Assembly: GCA_033442325.1 (NCBI GenBank)
Contig: JAWQFM010000010.1
Coordinates: 879,727-943,726 of the forward strand
DNA from: Salpingoeca rosetta
Taxonomy: Eukaryota; Protista; Choanoflagellata
Direction of reading: 5' to 3'
DNA: 64,000 bases
Made by a program: the position numbers and the translations under genes. The notes beneath the pieces are model-generated. The model had not been told where the DNA came from. It was given only the letters and a program-made list of their open reading frames with translations, and made no database searches. This document shows, piece after piece, positions 33,901 through 59,994 of this stretch (the first letter of the stretch is position 1; every line of letters begins with the position of its first letter).

Positions 33901-34712
33901 GTGCGAGTGAGTGAGTGTGAGTGAGTGTGTGTGTGTGTGAGTGAGTGTGAGTGAGTGAGTGTGTGTGACAGTGTTTGTGACGTGCCTGCAGGCAAGAACC
34001 GAATGACAACAGCAAGTAGACCACTGACCGGCTGCTCCTGCTGTTGTCGTTGCTGCTGCTGCTGCTGTAGCGGTGCCTGCCATCCAAATTGCCGGCTGCT
34101 GTTGGCAGGCACAATCGCCTGGTTGAAGAGACATGAGTTAGAAGTAAGCGTATGTGAGTATGCGAGCCTTGTTTTGTGTGTGTGTGTGTGTGTGTGTGCA
34201 GGAAAGAAATGATCGCCGAACACTGCGTATGTGAGACGAATGCCAATACGCACCATATGTACTTGTTCACACACACATACACACACACACACACACACCT
34301 GCAGCTTTGAGATGATGGCGTCGATGAGCTGCGAGGGAATGGCTGTTGTTGGGCTTGGCAAGGTGTAATGTGCACGCGCGTCTGGGAGGCGCTTGCGCAC
34401 ATCCCGCGAGGCGAACTTGTCACACATCTTGATGAGAAAGAAGGGCTTGTTGTGTTTGAGGATGGAACGCAGCTGGGCAGCGGAGCTGGCCTTGTTTCGC
34501 GACCGCTTGCCGTAGTCCTTCGTGCCCATGATCACTGCCAGCGTGCATGCAAGCACGGCTGCCGTAGCACTGGATTTGCCACCTCTGCCGTCATCGTCTC
34601 CTGGTGAGAACACGCGCACCCCACGCTGCTCCAATGCAGCCCTCAGTGTTCTCGTGACATCCCCATTCTCATGGCAGGAAAGGAACACATCACAACCAGC
34701 AGTGGAGGCCAT
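27930..34712 (-). CDS. Type II single-pass receptor (~2117 aa): N-terminal TIR-like domain, Tyr-motif linker, TM helix, Thr-rich stalk, Cys cap, ~60 LRR/receptor-L-like repeats, Cys cap
   Basis: Exons 34712-34299, 34118-34029 and 33779-27930, all phase 0 GT-AG. TIR-like CDVFLSC...LRAALEQRGVRVF...CTLAVIMGTKDYG...KPFFLIKMCD. TM LLLVGIVVALIVAAAVAVPIAI (33035-32970) preceded by KGRSSKR. ~22-aa repeats LxxVGGxLxLxxNxLxxxxFG. No signal peptide. Confidence 0.85.
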   Translation of the reverse strand: MASTAGCDVFLSCHENGDVTRTLRAALEQRGVRVFSPGDDDGRGGKSSATAAVLACTLAVIMGTKDYGKRSRNKASSAAQLRSILKHNKPFFLIKMCDKFASRDVRKRLPDARAHYTLPSPTTAIPSQLIDAIISKLQVCVCVCVCVCEQVHMVRIGIRLTYAVFGDHFFPAHTHTHTHKTRLAYSHTLTSNSCLFNQAIVPANSSRQFGWQAPLQQQQQQRQQQEQPVSGLLAVVIRFLPAGTSQTLSHTLTHSHSLTHTHTHSHSLTRTHSHSFTHTHKHSLTHSLTHSLTHSLTHSLTHSHTHTHTVQVPASQRTYLEPADTFEQRDLFNATYEAVRPNPAAAGATTNTNTNTSAIIGTAAHSSSSSSNSNTADPDDSNGNSSGDYLEVTAATNVEADNTYETAGLGDFDVYGTESTQQQKPGTATTTTATNPSSKEDKPAYDTPDPGNFQVYGTADATPSTTTDTTTGAAGRTYLTPVSRGVHQEETYDQVGLGDFSVYGEASTDDAQLLSALGHRQGKEGQHLMMRPLHKDFTALGSETTTEQVAVSKGRSSKRLLLVGIVVALIVAAAVAVPIAITSTGPAATSKSKSNSTTAPTTTLPTTTSTAQSGLSTTATTTTTTTQLCSGISTDVLDCSSITSRQAIAAAAPCEVAAVTSCCCDEFYRLRSVTGSISVSPLAQTLDLGPHLTSIGGGITAANGALTEVDLGQVTLLGGFISLRDNAITRVRFGQLVFVGDSVDLENNALTSIDVGQLPPSAGGARLSGNPIKHLRVSHAGDNVPRAVDLGCASFTLNNAQGTPTALNLSSCALEVLDLADITGAFDVIDVRGNANLTQLVLGQALAPNGTVFLDFFTLSRAQLQDMAGNVHVDVGADTTELLFDSLQRVNGSLRVVGTRPASVQLDTLTAVGGDVDLRGLPLQSFHVGRLSEVGGKVYGVGTTSFSIRSGVLTGDVTITASMHALMALSFGDIEYMQGSLLVSGTPESPNKISSINFGSMLRILEQLVIEHSPIAHINLGGVTSVRSLRVAHTAATAITATSLDDATQLSISDNDYLSTLSFPALHDVFEDLRVQRNPQLTLIDTSALLTVEASVYITDNAALVDLRMDGLTTVFVDIHIHDNAKLPSLALDALSSIVRHVYLQRNALTRASLSAISEVRGNLDLSFNRLAALDLTGLVTVEGELDLSVNEVVSVDLGLLRSVGAAFLVRHTNIANITLTNLDSVGGDLDLRFNALTSLDIPRLARVSGSVRLNSNQLTGVTCDLLLDVQGSILLDNNNLPSIDFPQLSRVNGDVSFAFNAITQVSLGALTSVGRHLSAHRNHLPSFSFGQVAAVGGDVYLSSNDLTALDLAALTSVGGGLYLQHNLLTSLSFASLQHAGGDIDASSNSISIIDFGDALVRTAGDLDLTQNAFSNLAFDGALAFINGSLILSSNDDLGSVDLQNLTHVRGDIVASSNPNLRNMSLGNVTDLGGSLRLDGSRLTRLSLGNLKHVDGSIHIPANELTSIDFGQLTSVGEHINLSDNDLCTVNFGSVTQVGGDLLLNSNKLATLSFGEVLTVGGSVDISGNDIATLSLGPLSLIGRDFTAEANELETISFPKLAQVGGSLTLRENKLSGISFGTLTAVGGGFDLSSNSFEFLTVGSLERVAGSFKLQNNPLGSIDFGSLAFVGDDVDLSATSVSMFKFGKLQYVLGELTLDENAALSTFDFSVLPPFRGSVRLPEVALSSASNLDFNSSVAIEQNQGSLYIFISAFDHIAGDLDLQANSLTLVTFGPLSKIGGSLLLQANILQAFDAGNVAEVGGDLILTNNGALNDVDFGMLTRVGGGVLLDANSLDGLDTGLLREIGGDLSVTYNALTAMNFPNLLRVNGSLAVTKTALQMLDLGSRLRDIGGDLRLESNDLTQVDFGELTRVGGALRLDHNRFQSVSFGQVTHVGGDLDVSHNDALPSLDFHALPEVGSTLYIDVQVLESVSQLHINSSLGISLAGKSAFQDASLGSVNGTLYLNHEPDVQSITFATLTAIGGDLDLSSDSVLKTLDLGTLEMIGGDLLLSQMQQLTQISFGSLAAIGGSLSLQVALALPAIHLTSIGRIGGDLHLQTAHELTTIDFGALTGVGGSVQLSSLGMLSNVSFASVDSIGGDVDISQCSSLTSVDFGSVRSVRADFALLGDIGGDVVLQQCSSLTRVDLGGVTNIGGSLQLKGNPALIEVDFGSLAHVGGVVDLTQYNSALISVRCRGFNATCVCAGAGVKFIDCPVICSSC

Positions 34713-35155
34713 GACCTTGTGCTGTGCTGTGCTTTGGTGTGATGTGCTTTGGTGTGTTGGGTGGGGGGCGTTATGGAAATGCAGGAGGAGCACGGTTGGT
34801 GTGTTTGTTTGTTTTGCTGTTTGGCTGGAAAACCAAAGGAAAACATCCACAAAGATTCGCAGCATAGCACAACAGGCAACAACATATGGCGCCATTTGAC
34901 GAACAACAACACAGCAGCACGACGCAAGCACACGCAGCGCTTGGTCCTCCCTCCACACCTTCCATTGCACGGCAGGGCATGAGACTTGCTGCGTCCCTGA
35001 TGGGAAATGCATGAGTTCGTTTATGCTTCGCTTTCAAAAGCACCAAAGAAAAAAAAAAAAGGAAAGGCTCCAGACGGCGACACCTGCGCCAAGCAAAATG
35101 TAGAAAGACAAACGCTGTTGAAGCTGTTGCACAACACCACACGCATGCACAGGTA

Positions 35156-35186
<31 letters not shown>

Positions 35187-35302
35187 GCACACACACACAC
35201 ACAAATGCAGCACACACACACACACACATGCAGCAGCACACACGCGCGCACATGCACGCACGCACACACGCACACACACGCACACACAAAAACGAGCAAC
35301 AA

Positions 35303-38300
35303 TCATCGCCTCCTGGGCGAATCAAAGGAGATGGTGTGAACGGGAAGAGACATGAGCGGCTGTACGCGGGGAACATGCGCACAGGTGGACGCCGCACGAC
35401 GAAGCAAAGGCGACGCAAGCGGGGGCGCCTGTGGTCGCTGCTGCTGCTGCTGCTGATGGTGGTTGCGCGGGGTGTGGCGAGCGTTCTCCTGGTGGTGCTG
35501 ATACGGCAGCGCCATCATGCGCCGTGTCAGCCCACGCGCTGCAGAGACGCCAGTGGCGGGTGCTTCCTTTGCTGCTGGCGTGCTTGTCGTCGTCGTCGTC
35601 GTCGTCATGGAGCGATAGCGGCAAGGAACGGGCGAGCCAACTGCAGGCACATGTTGTTGTTGTTGCTGTCGCTGCTGCTGCTGCTGTTGGTGGTGTTCTT
35701 GTTGTTGGTGTTGGTTGTGGTGGTGTTGGTTGTGGTGGTGGTGCTGTGGCCCGTCTGCGCCTTGTGCGTCCACTGCTGCGTCGTCCACAGGTGTGGAATC
35801 ACACCAACGCGCAGCCTCATTAATGTCATGCTTCGCATACAAACACAGCAGCAAGTGCTTGGTCAGAAACACCAGCCGCGAGCACAGGTGTTTCTCTTCC
35901 TCGGTTGGACTCACAATTGCCATCAGCGGCTCAATCGCCTGCCAGGACGAGCTGGGCAGCGTGAAGCAGTTCCACAGCCCTTGGCCGTGGCTGAACGACA
36001 GCCGGTCAAACACGCGCGCAACCACACGTGCCGCCCGCGGACTAAGGCCCTTTCTGTGTCCACCGCCACCACCGCCACTACCACCACTACCGGCACGGTC
36101 CATGGCTGTCGATGCCGGTGCTGTGGAGGCGAGGAGCGACGCTGCCGTGCTCATGACGCGTTGCCGGCACGACACCAGGATGCGGTGGCGATCTGCAGGC
36201 GACAGCGTGCGCAGCCAGTACTTTGCAATGCGCGCCCGGTGCTGCACAAACGTTTCCTCAATGTCAGTCGCGTGCTCCACCACCTCCTCATCAAACTCGT
36301 CAATGCCAATGGTGGCTGCGCCGTTCAGCAGCAGGTGGTGCAGGAAGAGCACCAGGCCCTGGTCGCGTTTGCGCTGCTCCTCTGCCCGGCCAAGCGATAA
36401 ACCACGCTGCGCGGGCACACGCGGGTGACGACGCAAGGACGCCAGCGACGAAGCCGATCGCGACGTCACAAGGCTGCCGCCATCAGACGCGGTGGTGCCT
36501 GCAGGCAACGTGGGCGCACGTGTGCGTAGCGACCTTGCAGAGGATGAAGCAGACACCATTGCCGCTGATGTTGACGACGCAGAGGCACCAACGCCGGCTG
36601 TGGTGCCCGTGGAGCGCTGTCGTGTGGATAATGACGATGATGATGACGACGATGACGTGGGCAGCTGATGGTTCGATTGGCGCACGCGCGTACCCACGGA
36701 CGTCTGCACCACACCAAGGGCCTTGGACATGAGGGCCTCATACTGCAGCAACAGCCCTTCGTTCTCTGGCGGGAAGATGCGATGGTAGTCACCGCTGTGC
36801 TCGTCCTCGTACGCCATCTGCTTCTGCGCCTCCCGATCCTGCATACTGCCACCATCGCCATCAACGCTTACGCCATCATCATCACAGTTATCATCATTGG
36901 TGTCGTCATCATCCTCCTCATCCTCATCCTCATCATTCTCGTTCTCATTATCATCCTCATCCTCATCGTCGTCGTCGTCATCATCATCATCATCACGATC
37001 ATCTTTGGTTTCGGCGGTGCTATTGTGGTCGTCTCGACCATCACCTACTCGCTGCTTTTCCTCCCCTTTGTGAACATCATCAGTGTCGTCGTTGTCAGCG
37101 TCAGCATCACTGCCACCGCCTCCTCTTCCCCTGCCGGTTGCTGCTGCCGCTGCCGCTGCCGCTGCCGCGGATCCGCGGCATTTCGTTGCGTGCATGCGTG
37201 TGTGCGTGTGCGAGTACCAGTGGTGGCCGCGGCGGCGCGGTAGTGGCTCTGCTTCGCTCACTTCGCCGCTCCCATCGTCACAGTGCAGAAGTCGGTTTGC
37301 CCTCGCAATCGCAGCTGCAGCAACGCCATCACCGTTTGGCGCTGCTTTCGCTTTCGAAGAAGATGCTGTGGCGCGTGCATTTCCAGCACGATTGCCGTTG
37401 CTGATGCTCTTGTTGCTGTTGCTGTTGTTGTTGCTGTTGCTGTTCTTGCTGCCGCTGGTGCCGCTGGTGGTGGTGGACGTGCTTGATGGTGTTTGCTTGT
37501 GCAAGCGCCTGAGTGCCGATGCCTTTGCCTCTGCCTGCCACGCCTTGCGCTCCTGCGGACGAATGTGCATCATGCGCAGCGCGGACTGCAGCACGCCGTG
37601 TTTGATGCGGGCGTCGAGCTGCGAGTCGCACGTGAAGCTTGGCGCGCGGTTGACCTCGATAATGTACGGCTTGAGCTTCGATGTGAGCAGCACGTCAAAC
37701 CCGAGCACCTCGAAGCACATGCTCTGGCGCGGGGGTGCGCGGCCGCCCCTGTTGCGCCCGCGGTGCAGCTGGCACGCCGCATATCCCTGGCGCACAAACG
37801 GCAGCGCCACAATGACCGTCTTGATGATGACGTCTGCGATGCGCTTCTGCAGCCGGTCTGTGTCGACACCGTGCTCATCCGCAAGGTGCTTGAGCAGCCA
37901 CTGGTATGTGCGCTTGCTGCCCGTGTCGTCGTCGTCGGTCTGCTGGAAGTTCTCTGCGCCCTTGTTGAGCGAGTAGTTTGTGAGGTGCATGGTGACGTCG
38001 GCCACGTTCTTCTTCGTGGGCGCCTTGTACGGGGTGGTGGAGAGGCGCACGAGCCCGTCCTTGAAGAGATACACGCGCAGCGGGTCGCACGATGTCAGCA
38101 GCACATACAGGCGCAGGTCAAACTTGTACCCGTCCACCAAGAACGGCTTTGGGAGGTACTCCTGCACGAGCAGGGAGTCCTGCGTGGGGATCTGTGACGG
38201 GTTCTGCGTGACTGCAATGCCAATGCCGCGAGCGCCGTTGATGGGTTTGTAGATGAAGGTGGGCTTCTTCTTTGCCTTTGCCTTCTTACAGTCGTCGACG

Positions 38301-38908
38301 TACTTGCGGAAGTGCTGCAGATCGGCCGGCAGGACCCAGGAGCGCGGGAAGATGTCGAGCACGTTGCCATTGCACACGCGCAGGAGGCGGTTGAGGTTTC
38401 GTGCCAGGTTGTCCTTGCGCGTGATCTGGCCCGTGCCTGGGAAGTGGTTCATGCGCTGATAAGGAAGCAGCTTGGTGAACACCTCGCCCGGTGGACAGCA
38501 GTCAAACCACAGCAGGTTGCAGTCCATCGTGGTCGGGGACGTCTTGATCTTGAAGCCCAGTTCACGGCACACTTGCCGGACCATGTCGTAGTTGGTGTTG
38601 GCAAGGTTGGCTGTCAACTTATTCGCCTTGCCCTTTGCCTTGGCTTTTCCCTTGGCGTTGCTCGTTCGCTTCTTCTTGCCGCCACCTCCTGCTTTGGTTG
38701 TGGTTGTGGTGGCGGTGGTGCTGCTGTTGCCGGTGCTGTTGCCGGTGGTGGTGGTTGTGGCGGCACCTGTGTTGGCACCTGTGTTGGCACCTGTGTTGGC
38801 ACCTGTGTTGGCACCTGTGTTGGCACCTGTGTTGGTGTTGTTGGAGCCATGTTTCTTTGACGATGAGGCTGCTCCACCGCTGGCCGCATCTCCTTCTCCT
38901 CTTGCCAT
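35303..38908 (-). CDS. TTLL7: Tubulin polyglutamylase TTLL7-like (continuous 1201-aa ORF)
   Basis: TTL domain: RMNHFPG..RKDNL, FIYKP..ARGIGI, VQEYL.KPFLVDGYKFDLRLYVL, MHLTNYSLNK, CFEVLGFDVLL, IIEVNRAPSF. C-terminal RVFDRLSFSHGQGLWNCF..SSSW motif recalled from TTLL7. Confidence 0.9.
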   Translation of the reverse strand: MARGEGDAASGGAASSSKKHGSNNTNTGANTGANTGANTGANTGANTGAATTTTTGNSTGNSSTTATTTTTKAGGGGKKKRTSNAKGKAKAKGKANKLTANLANTNYDMVRQVCRELGFKIKTSPTTMDCNLLWFDCCPPGEVFTKLLPYQRMNHFPGTGQITRKDNLARNLNRLLRVCNGNVLDIFPRSWVLPADLQHFRKYVDDCKKAKAKKKPTFIYKPINGARGIGIAVTQNPSQIPTQDSLLVQEYLPKPFLVDGYKFDLRLYVLLTSCDPLRVYLFKDGLVRLSTTPYKAPTKKNVADVTMHLTNYSLNKGAENFQQTDDDDTGSKRTYQWLLKHLADEHGVDTDRLQKRIADVIIKTVIVALPFVRQGYAACQLHRGRNRGGRAPPRQSMCFEVLGFDVLLTSKLKPYIIEVNRAPSFTCDSQLDARIKHGVLQSALRMMHIRPQERKAWQAEAKASALRRLHKQTPSSTSTTTSGTSGSKNSNSNNNSNSNKSISNGNRAGNARATASSSKAKAAPNGDGVAAAAIARANRLLHCDDGSGEVSEAEPLPRRRGHHWYSHTHTRMHATKCRGSAAAAAAAAAATGRGRGGGGSDADADNDDTDDVHKGEEKQRVGDGRDDHNSTAETKDDRDDDDDDDDDDEDEDDNENENDEDEDEEDDDDTNDDNCDDDGVSVDGDGGSMQDREAQKQMAYEDEHSGDYHRIFPPENEGLLLQYEALMSKALGVVQTSVGTRVRQSNHQLPTSSSSSSSSLSTRQRSTGTTAGVGASASSTSAAMVSASSSARSLRTRAPTLPAGTTASDGGSLVTSRSASSLASLRRHPRVPAQRGLSLGRAEEQRKRDQGLVLFLHHLLLNGAATIGIDEFDEEVVEHATDIEETFVQHRARIAKYWLRTLSPADRHRILVSCRQRVMSTAASLLASTAPASTAMDRAGSGGSGGGGGGHRKGLSPRAARVVARVFDRLSFSHGQGLWNCFTLPSSSWQAIEPLMAIVSPTEEEKHLCSRLVFLTKHLLLCLYAKHDINEAARWCDSTPVDDAAVDAQGADGPQHHHHNQHHHNQHQQQEHHQQQQQQRQQQQQHVPAVGSPVPCRYRSMTTTTTTTSTPAAKEAPATGVSAARGLTRRMMALPYQHHQENARHTPRNHHQQQQQQRPQAPPLASPLLRRAASTCAHVPRVQPLMSLPVHTISFDSPRRR
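38762..38834 (-). repeat. 12-bp coding tandem repeat, (GANT)x5-6, in the TTLL7 N-terminus
   Basis: ggcacctgtgtt repeated about six times. Confidence 0.9.
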
Positions 38909-39173
38909 CTCAGATGATGATGATGATGCGTGTGGGCGACATGAAGCTCTCTCTCGAAGAAGAAGAAGAAGAAGAAGCGGCGCAAGAAGAAGGTGGTGTG
39001 GAAGGTGTGAGGGTGGTGGCTGTCTTGCTGTGCTTCCTCTCTTTCGGTGGTTTGTTTACATGGAGTCAAGGGTCGAAAAATGGTAATAACACCAGCATAT
39101 TTTCCGAACTTCGCGCAACCCAACGCAACGTGGGTTCGTCAGCGACAACGCGCGACAGCACAGCACAAGCAGC

Positions 39174-40817
39174 ATGTTGGGTGGTGGTGGTGTTGGGTTG
39201 AGGCGGGCTGTGGTCATGTTGGTGGGAGGTGGCGGAGCAGTGGCCACCGCAAGCCTGGCAGTCAACCCTTCTTTCTCTATTTCTTCCTCTTCTCCTTCTT
39301 CCCCTCCTGCTGCTTCTTCTTCTTCTTCTTCTTCTTCGTCTTCTTCTTCCTCGGTGCTGTCTTCGTGGTGGTCGTCTTTCCCAAACAAAGTCAGCTGCGA
39401 AGAGGCGGTCGCCAGCAACTGCAACACACCAGCGTCACCAGCGCAGGCATCATCGAGCGGGCTCGTGCTGTACCAGTACGCGCCATGCCCGTTTTGCAAC
39501 AAGGTGCGGGTGTTTATGGACTACCATCGCATCCCGTATGCAAAGGTGGAAGTGGAACCGCTGCGAAAGAAGCAGCTCAACTTCACAGACTACAAGAAGG
39601 TCCCCGTGCTGCTTGCTGACGGGACGCAGATCAACGACTCCGCAGTCATCCTGGCTCAGCTGACCGAGCGCGTGAAGGCCAGCGGGAGCCCACACTACCG
39701 TGATACAACTGAGGAGGAGCAGCGCTGGATCAAGTGGGTGGATGACCGGCTCGTCCATCTCCTCCCCTCCAACATTTACCGCACCATGTCGGAGAGCCTG
39801 CAGTCGTTTGACTACCTCCTCAACGCGTCCTTTCAGTTCACGCCAACCGAGCGCACCATGGCCAGGTACTCTGGCGCAGTGATCATGTACCTGCTGTGCA
39901 AGCTCAAGCTCAACAAGAAGTACGGCATCCAGGACCCACGCCAAGAAATCTACCAAGACGTCGACTCCTTCATCAACGCCCTTGGCGGTGAGCCCTCGTG
40001 CTGACCAACACGCTCGACAAGGCGTACTGCTGCTATTGCTGGTGTGGAGAGCTGGTGTAGTCGCGATGTGGGGAAGAAGAAGACCGTGTATGGGTTTGTC
40101 AAAGGCTGGCACATACTCACACACATGTGTGAACTGCTTCCTTGGTTTGCGGTTGTTGCTGGTTTGAGCAGAACGTGAGTTTATGAGTGGAACATACAAA
40201 CCAGGCAGCGCAGACCTCGCCGTGTATGCAGGTGTGCACTTGTCGTGTGTGCGTATGTATGTGTGCGACTGTGTGTGACTGTGTGTGTGTGTGTGTGGCT
40301 GCGTGTGTGGCTGTGTGTGTGGCTGTGTGTGTATGACGTGTGTATGTGTATGAGCGTGTGTGTGTGTTTACATTATTGTGTGTATGGGCATGTGTGTGTG
40401 TGTTTAAATTAATTTGTGTATGTATGAGCGTGTGTGTGTGTTTACATTATTGTGTGTATGTGTGTGTGTGTTTACATTAATGTGTGTATGACTGTGTGCG
40501 TGCGTTGAATGTGTGTGTTTGAATGTGTTTCCTGTCGTGTTACCTTCTGCCTATGCGATGCGCAAGTGTGTGTCGCGGACGGCCCTGTTCCTCTTGCACC
40601 ACTCATGTCATCTTTGGACACCGCCGTCGTCATGGTTTTGCTGTTCGTTGCAGCCATCAACAGTCTGGAGGGCCTGGAGAGCTTTGATGATGTCATGAAG
40701 AACACGCAGGCGGCAACGTGGTACCAGCGAACAAAGGCTGCCGTCGGCCTGTCCACGGGCCATTATGCAACAGATGAAGAGGCAGCAGGGCTCCCACACA
40801 TGCAGCCCACGCCCTGA
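39174..40817 (+). CDS. PTGES2: Prostaglandin E synthase 2-like (glutaredoxin/GST fold), 3 exons
   Basis: LYQYAPCPFCNKVR..LDY-like, YKKVPVL, EEQRWIKWVDDRLVHLL.SNIYRT..ESLQSFDY. Exons 39174-39987, 40172-40231 (EREFMSG..PGSADLAVYA) and 40654-40817 (LEGLESFDDVM..WYQR). Confidence 0.93.
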
Positions 40818-41180
40818 GCCGTGTGTGTGTGTGTGAGTGTGTGAGTGTGTGAGTGTGTGTGCGTGTGTATGCGTGTGTGCGTGCGTGTTTGCATGTGCGT
40901 GAGTGCAAACGTTGTTATTTCAGGTGATAGGTGTTGTGCGGCGTAGTTGTGACAATACAACAGACCAGGCTGCAAACAGACAACAGACAATACATGTTTT
41001 CATCCTATCTTGAACGGTCAGTGTTCACCTCTTACGCCGTGTTGTGTATTCAGCGTCCACCACATGACGATTCCCTAGCGTATGTTTTATTCGAAACTGA
41101 GCACACGCGGTGCCAACAAACCCAAGCCTGAGAAAGCACCAATCATCCCACCTTGACGAAGCACAATGCACATTGCACAC

Positions 41181-49747
<8,567 letters not shown>

Positions 49748-49903
49748 CAATCATGTTATTCCACGTGGGTTTTGTTTGTGTGGGTTGTTTGGTTGTGGCG
49801 CAAGAAACTGCGGATCGCGACACCAAAACCCGCAGCCAACGGCGGCGGACTGCAACGGCTGTGTGTGTGGTGTTGGTGGAAGGACAACAACACGGACGCG
49901 GCC

Positions 49904-58589
<8,686 letters not shown>

Positions 58590-58971
58590 TGGGTTGTTGT
58601 TGTGACATGTCATCATGCCTGCACCCATGTTTCTCCTGTCTGCTTTACATTGTTTGCCAAGGATAGGTTCGGTTAATTCGGATGTACACAACGCCTTTCT
58701 TCATCCTTGTTCTCATGTCCACACTTGTTGTACACACTCGCACGCTTTTCCTTCCTATTGTTGCTGCTCTCCTCTTTTTGACTTGTCTACACACTCCATA
58801 AACGCACAGCGAGCGAGCCAGCACTCGCCTCAACATCGCAGCCAACACAAATAATTGTCACCTCACACGCGTGCACATGGCGGTGTTTGGGTAAAAACAT
58901 CAACGCTCAACATCACCGCATGTATCGCCATCAAGCAGCACAACGTCGACTATCTTTCCACCAACTTCATG

Positions 58972-59936
58972 TCACACACAACAGATGCTGTCGTATATGA
59001 ACTGCGCGACATGTGTTGGGCCAACAAGGTGCGCCGCTGCCCGCTCAACCATGTTCAGCAGCAGCGTGTTGAACATGGCACGGCCACCGTCGCCAACCAG
59101 CTCTTGCACCTGTACGTTTGTGTATCAGTGTGTGTGTGTGTGTGTGTGTGTGTGAGGACGACTGATGACACGTCACTTTGAACAAAGTCAAGCACTGTCA
59201 GCAAGAGTGCACATTGCTCCACTCCTGTTCGCACCTGCTTCAAATCTGCCACCACATTGCGCACTGTCCCTTGAATGTCCTGCAGCACCACGTTGGCGTT
59301 GGCAATGAACGCGTCCACTTCATCGTGTCGGCATGACGGCGGCGGTGTCGTGGTGTTCGTGGCGCTCAAGGACGACCGCGAGCGACACACGCGCGCACAC
59401 AACGCGCGCATGTGCGTCTGTTCGCCACCAGAGGCTGCACCATCACCATTGGCATGAGCTGCTTCGCGCATTCCACCATCGTGATTGGTGGTGCACTGGA
59501 AAGGGACGTCGATGCTGCCGTATCGATCCATCAGCAGTTCATCCAACAGCAGCGTCACCCACTCGTCATCTCTGGACGTGTGAATGTGTCACGGAATGAG
59601 GGGACGCGAGAACAGTGGTTGGCTGCAACCTCAACAGCTCAGCATTTTGCACAGGCACACAACCACGCACAAACACACACACATGCACACACGCACGCAC
59701 GCACGCACACAATCACGTAGCATCGCACGTGATTGCGAGGTCCTGGTAGATGAGCACGAGCATTTCGCGGAGAATGAGGGGCGCAGTGGCGGCGTGGAGC
59801 AGCTCATCGTGGCTGAAGACGCGCTCGAGTTCGCTGCCGGCCTGATCAGACACAAACGTCGCACGCGCCCTGATGGCAAAGAAGAGTACAGAAGAAAGAG
59901 GGTCATGTCGGTGAGTAGGACGTGAATACGACACAC

Positions 59937-59994
<58 letters not shown>

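Noticed and set aside
34713-35012. First 100 codons of the 2360-aa ORF
   Set aside because: Low-complexity, UTR-like sequence. The ATG at 34712 immediately precedes the TIR fold and is the better start.
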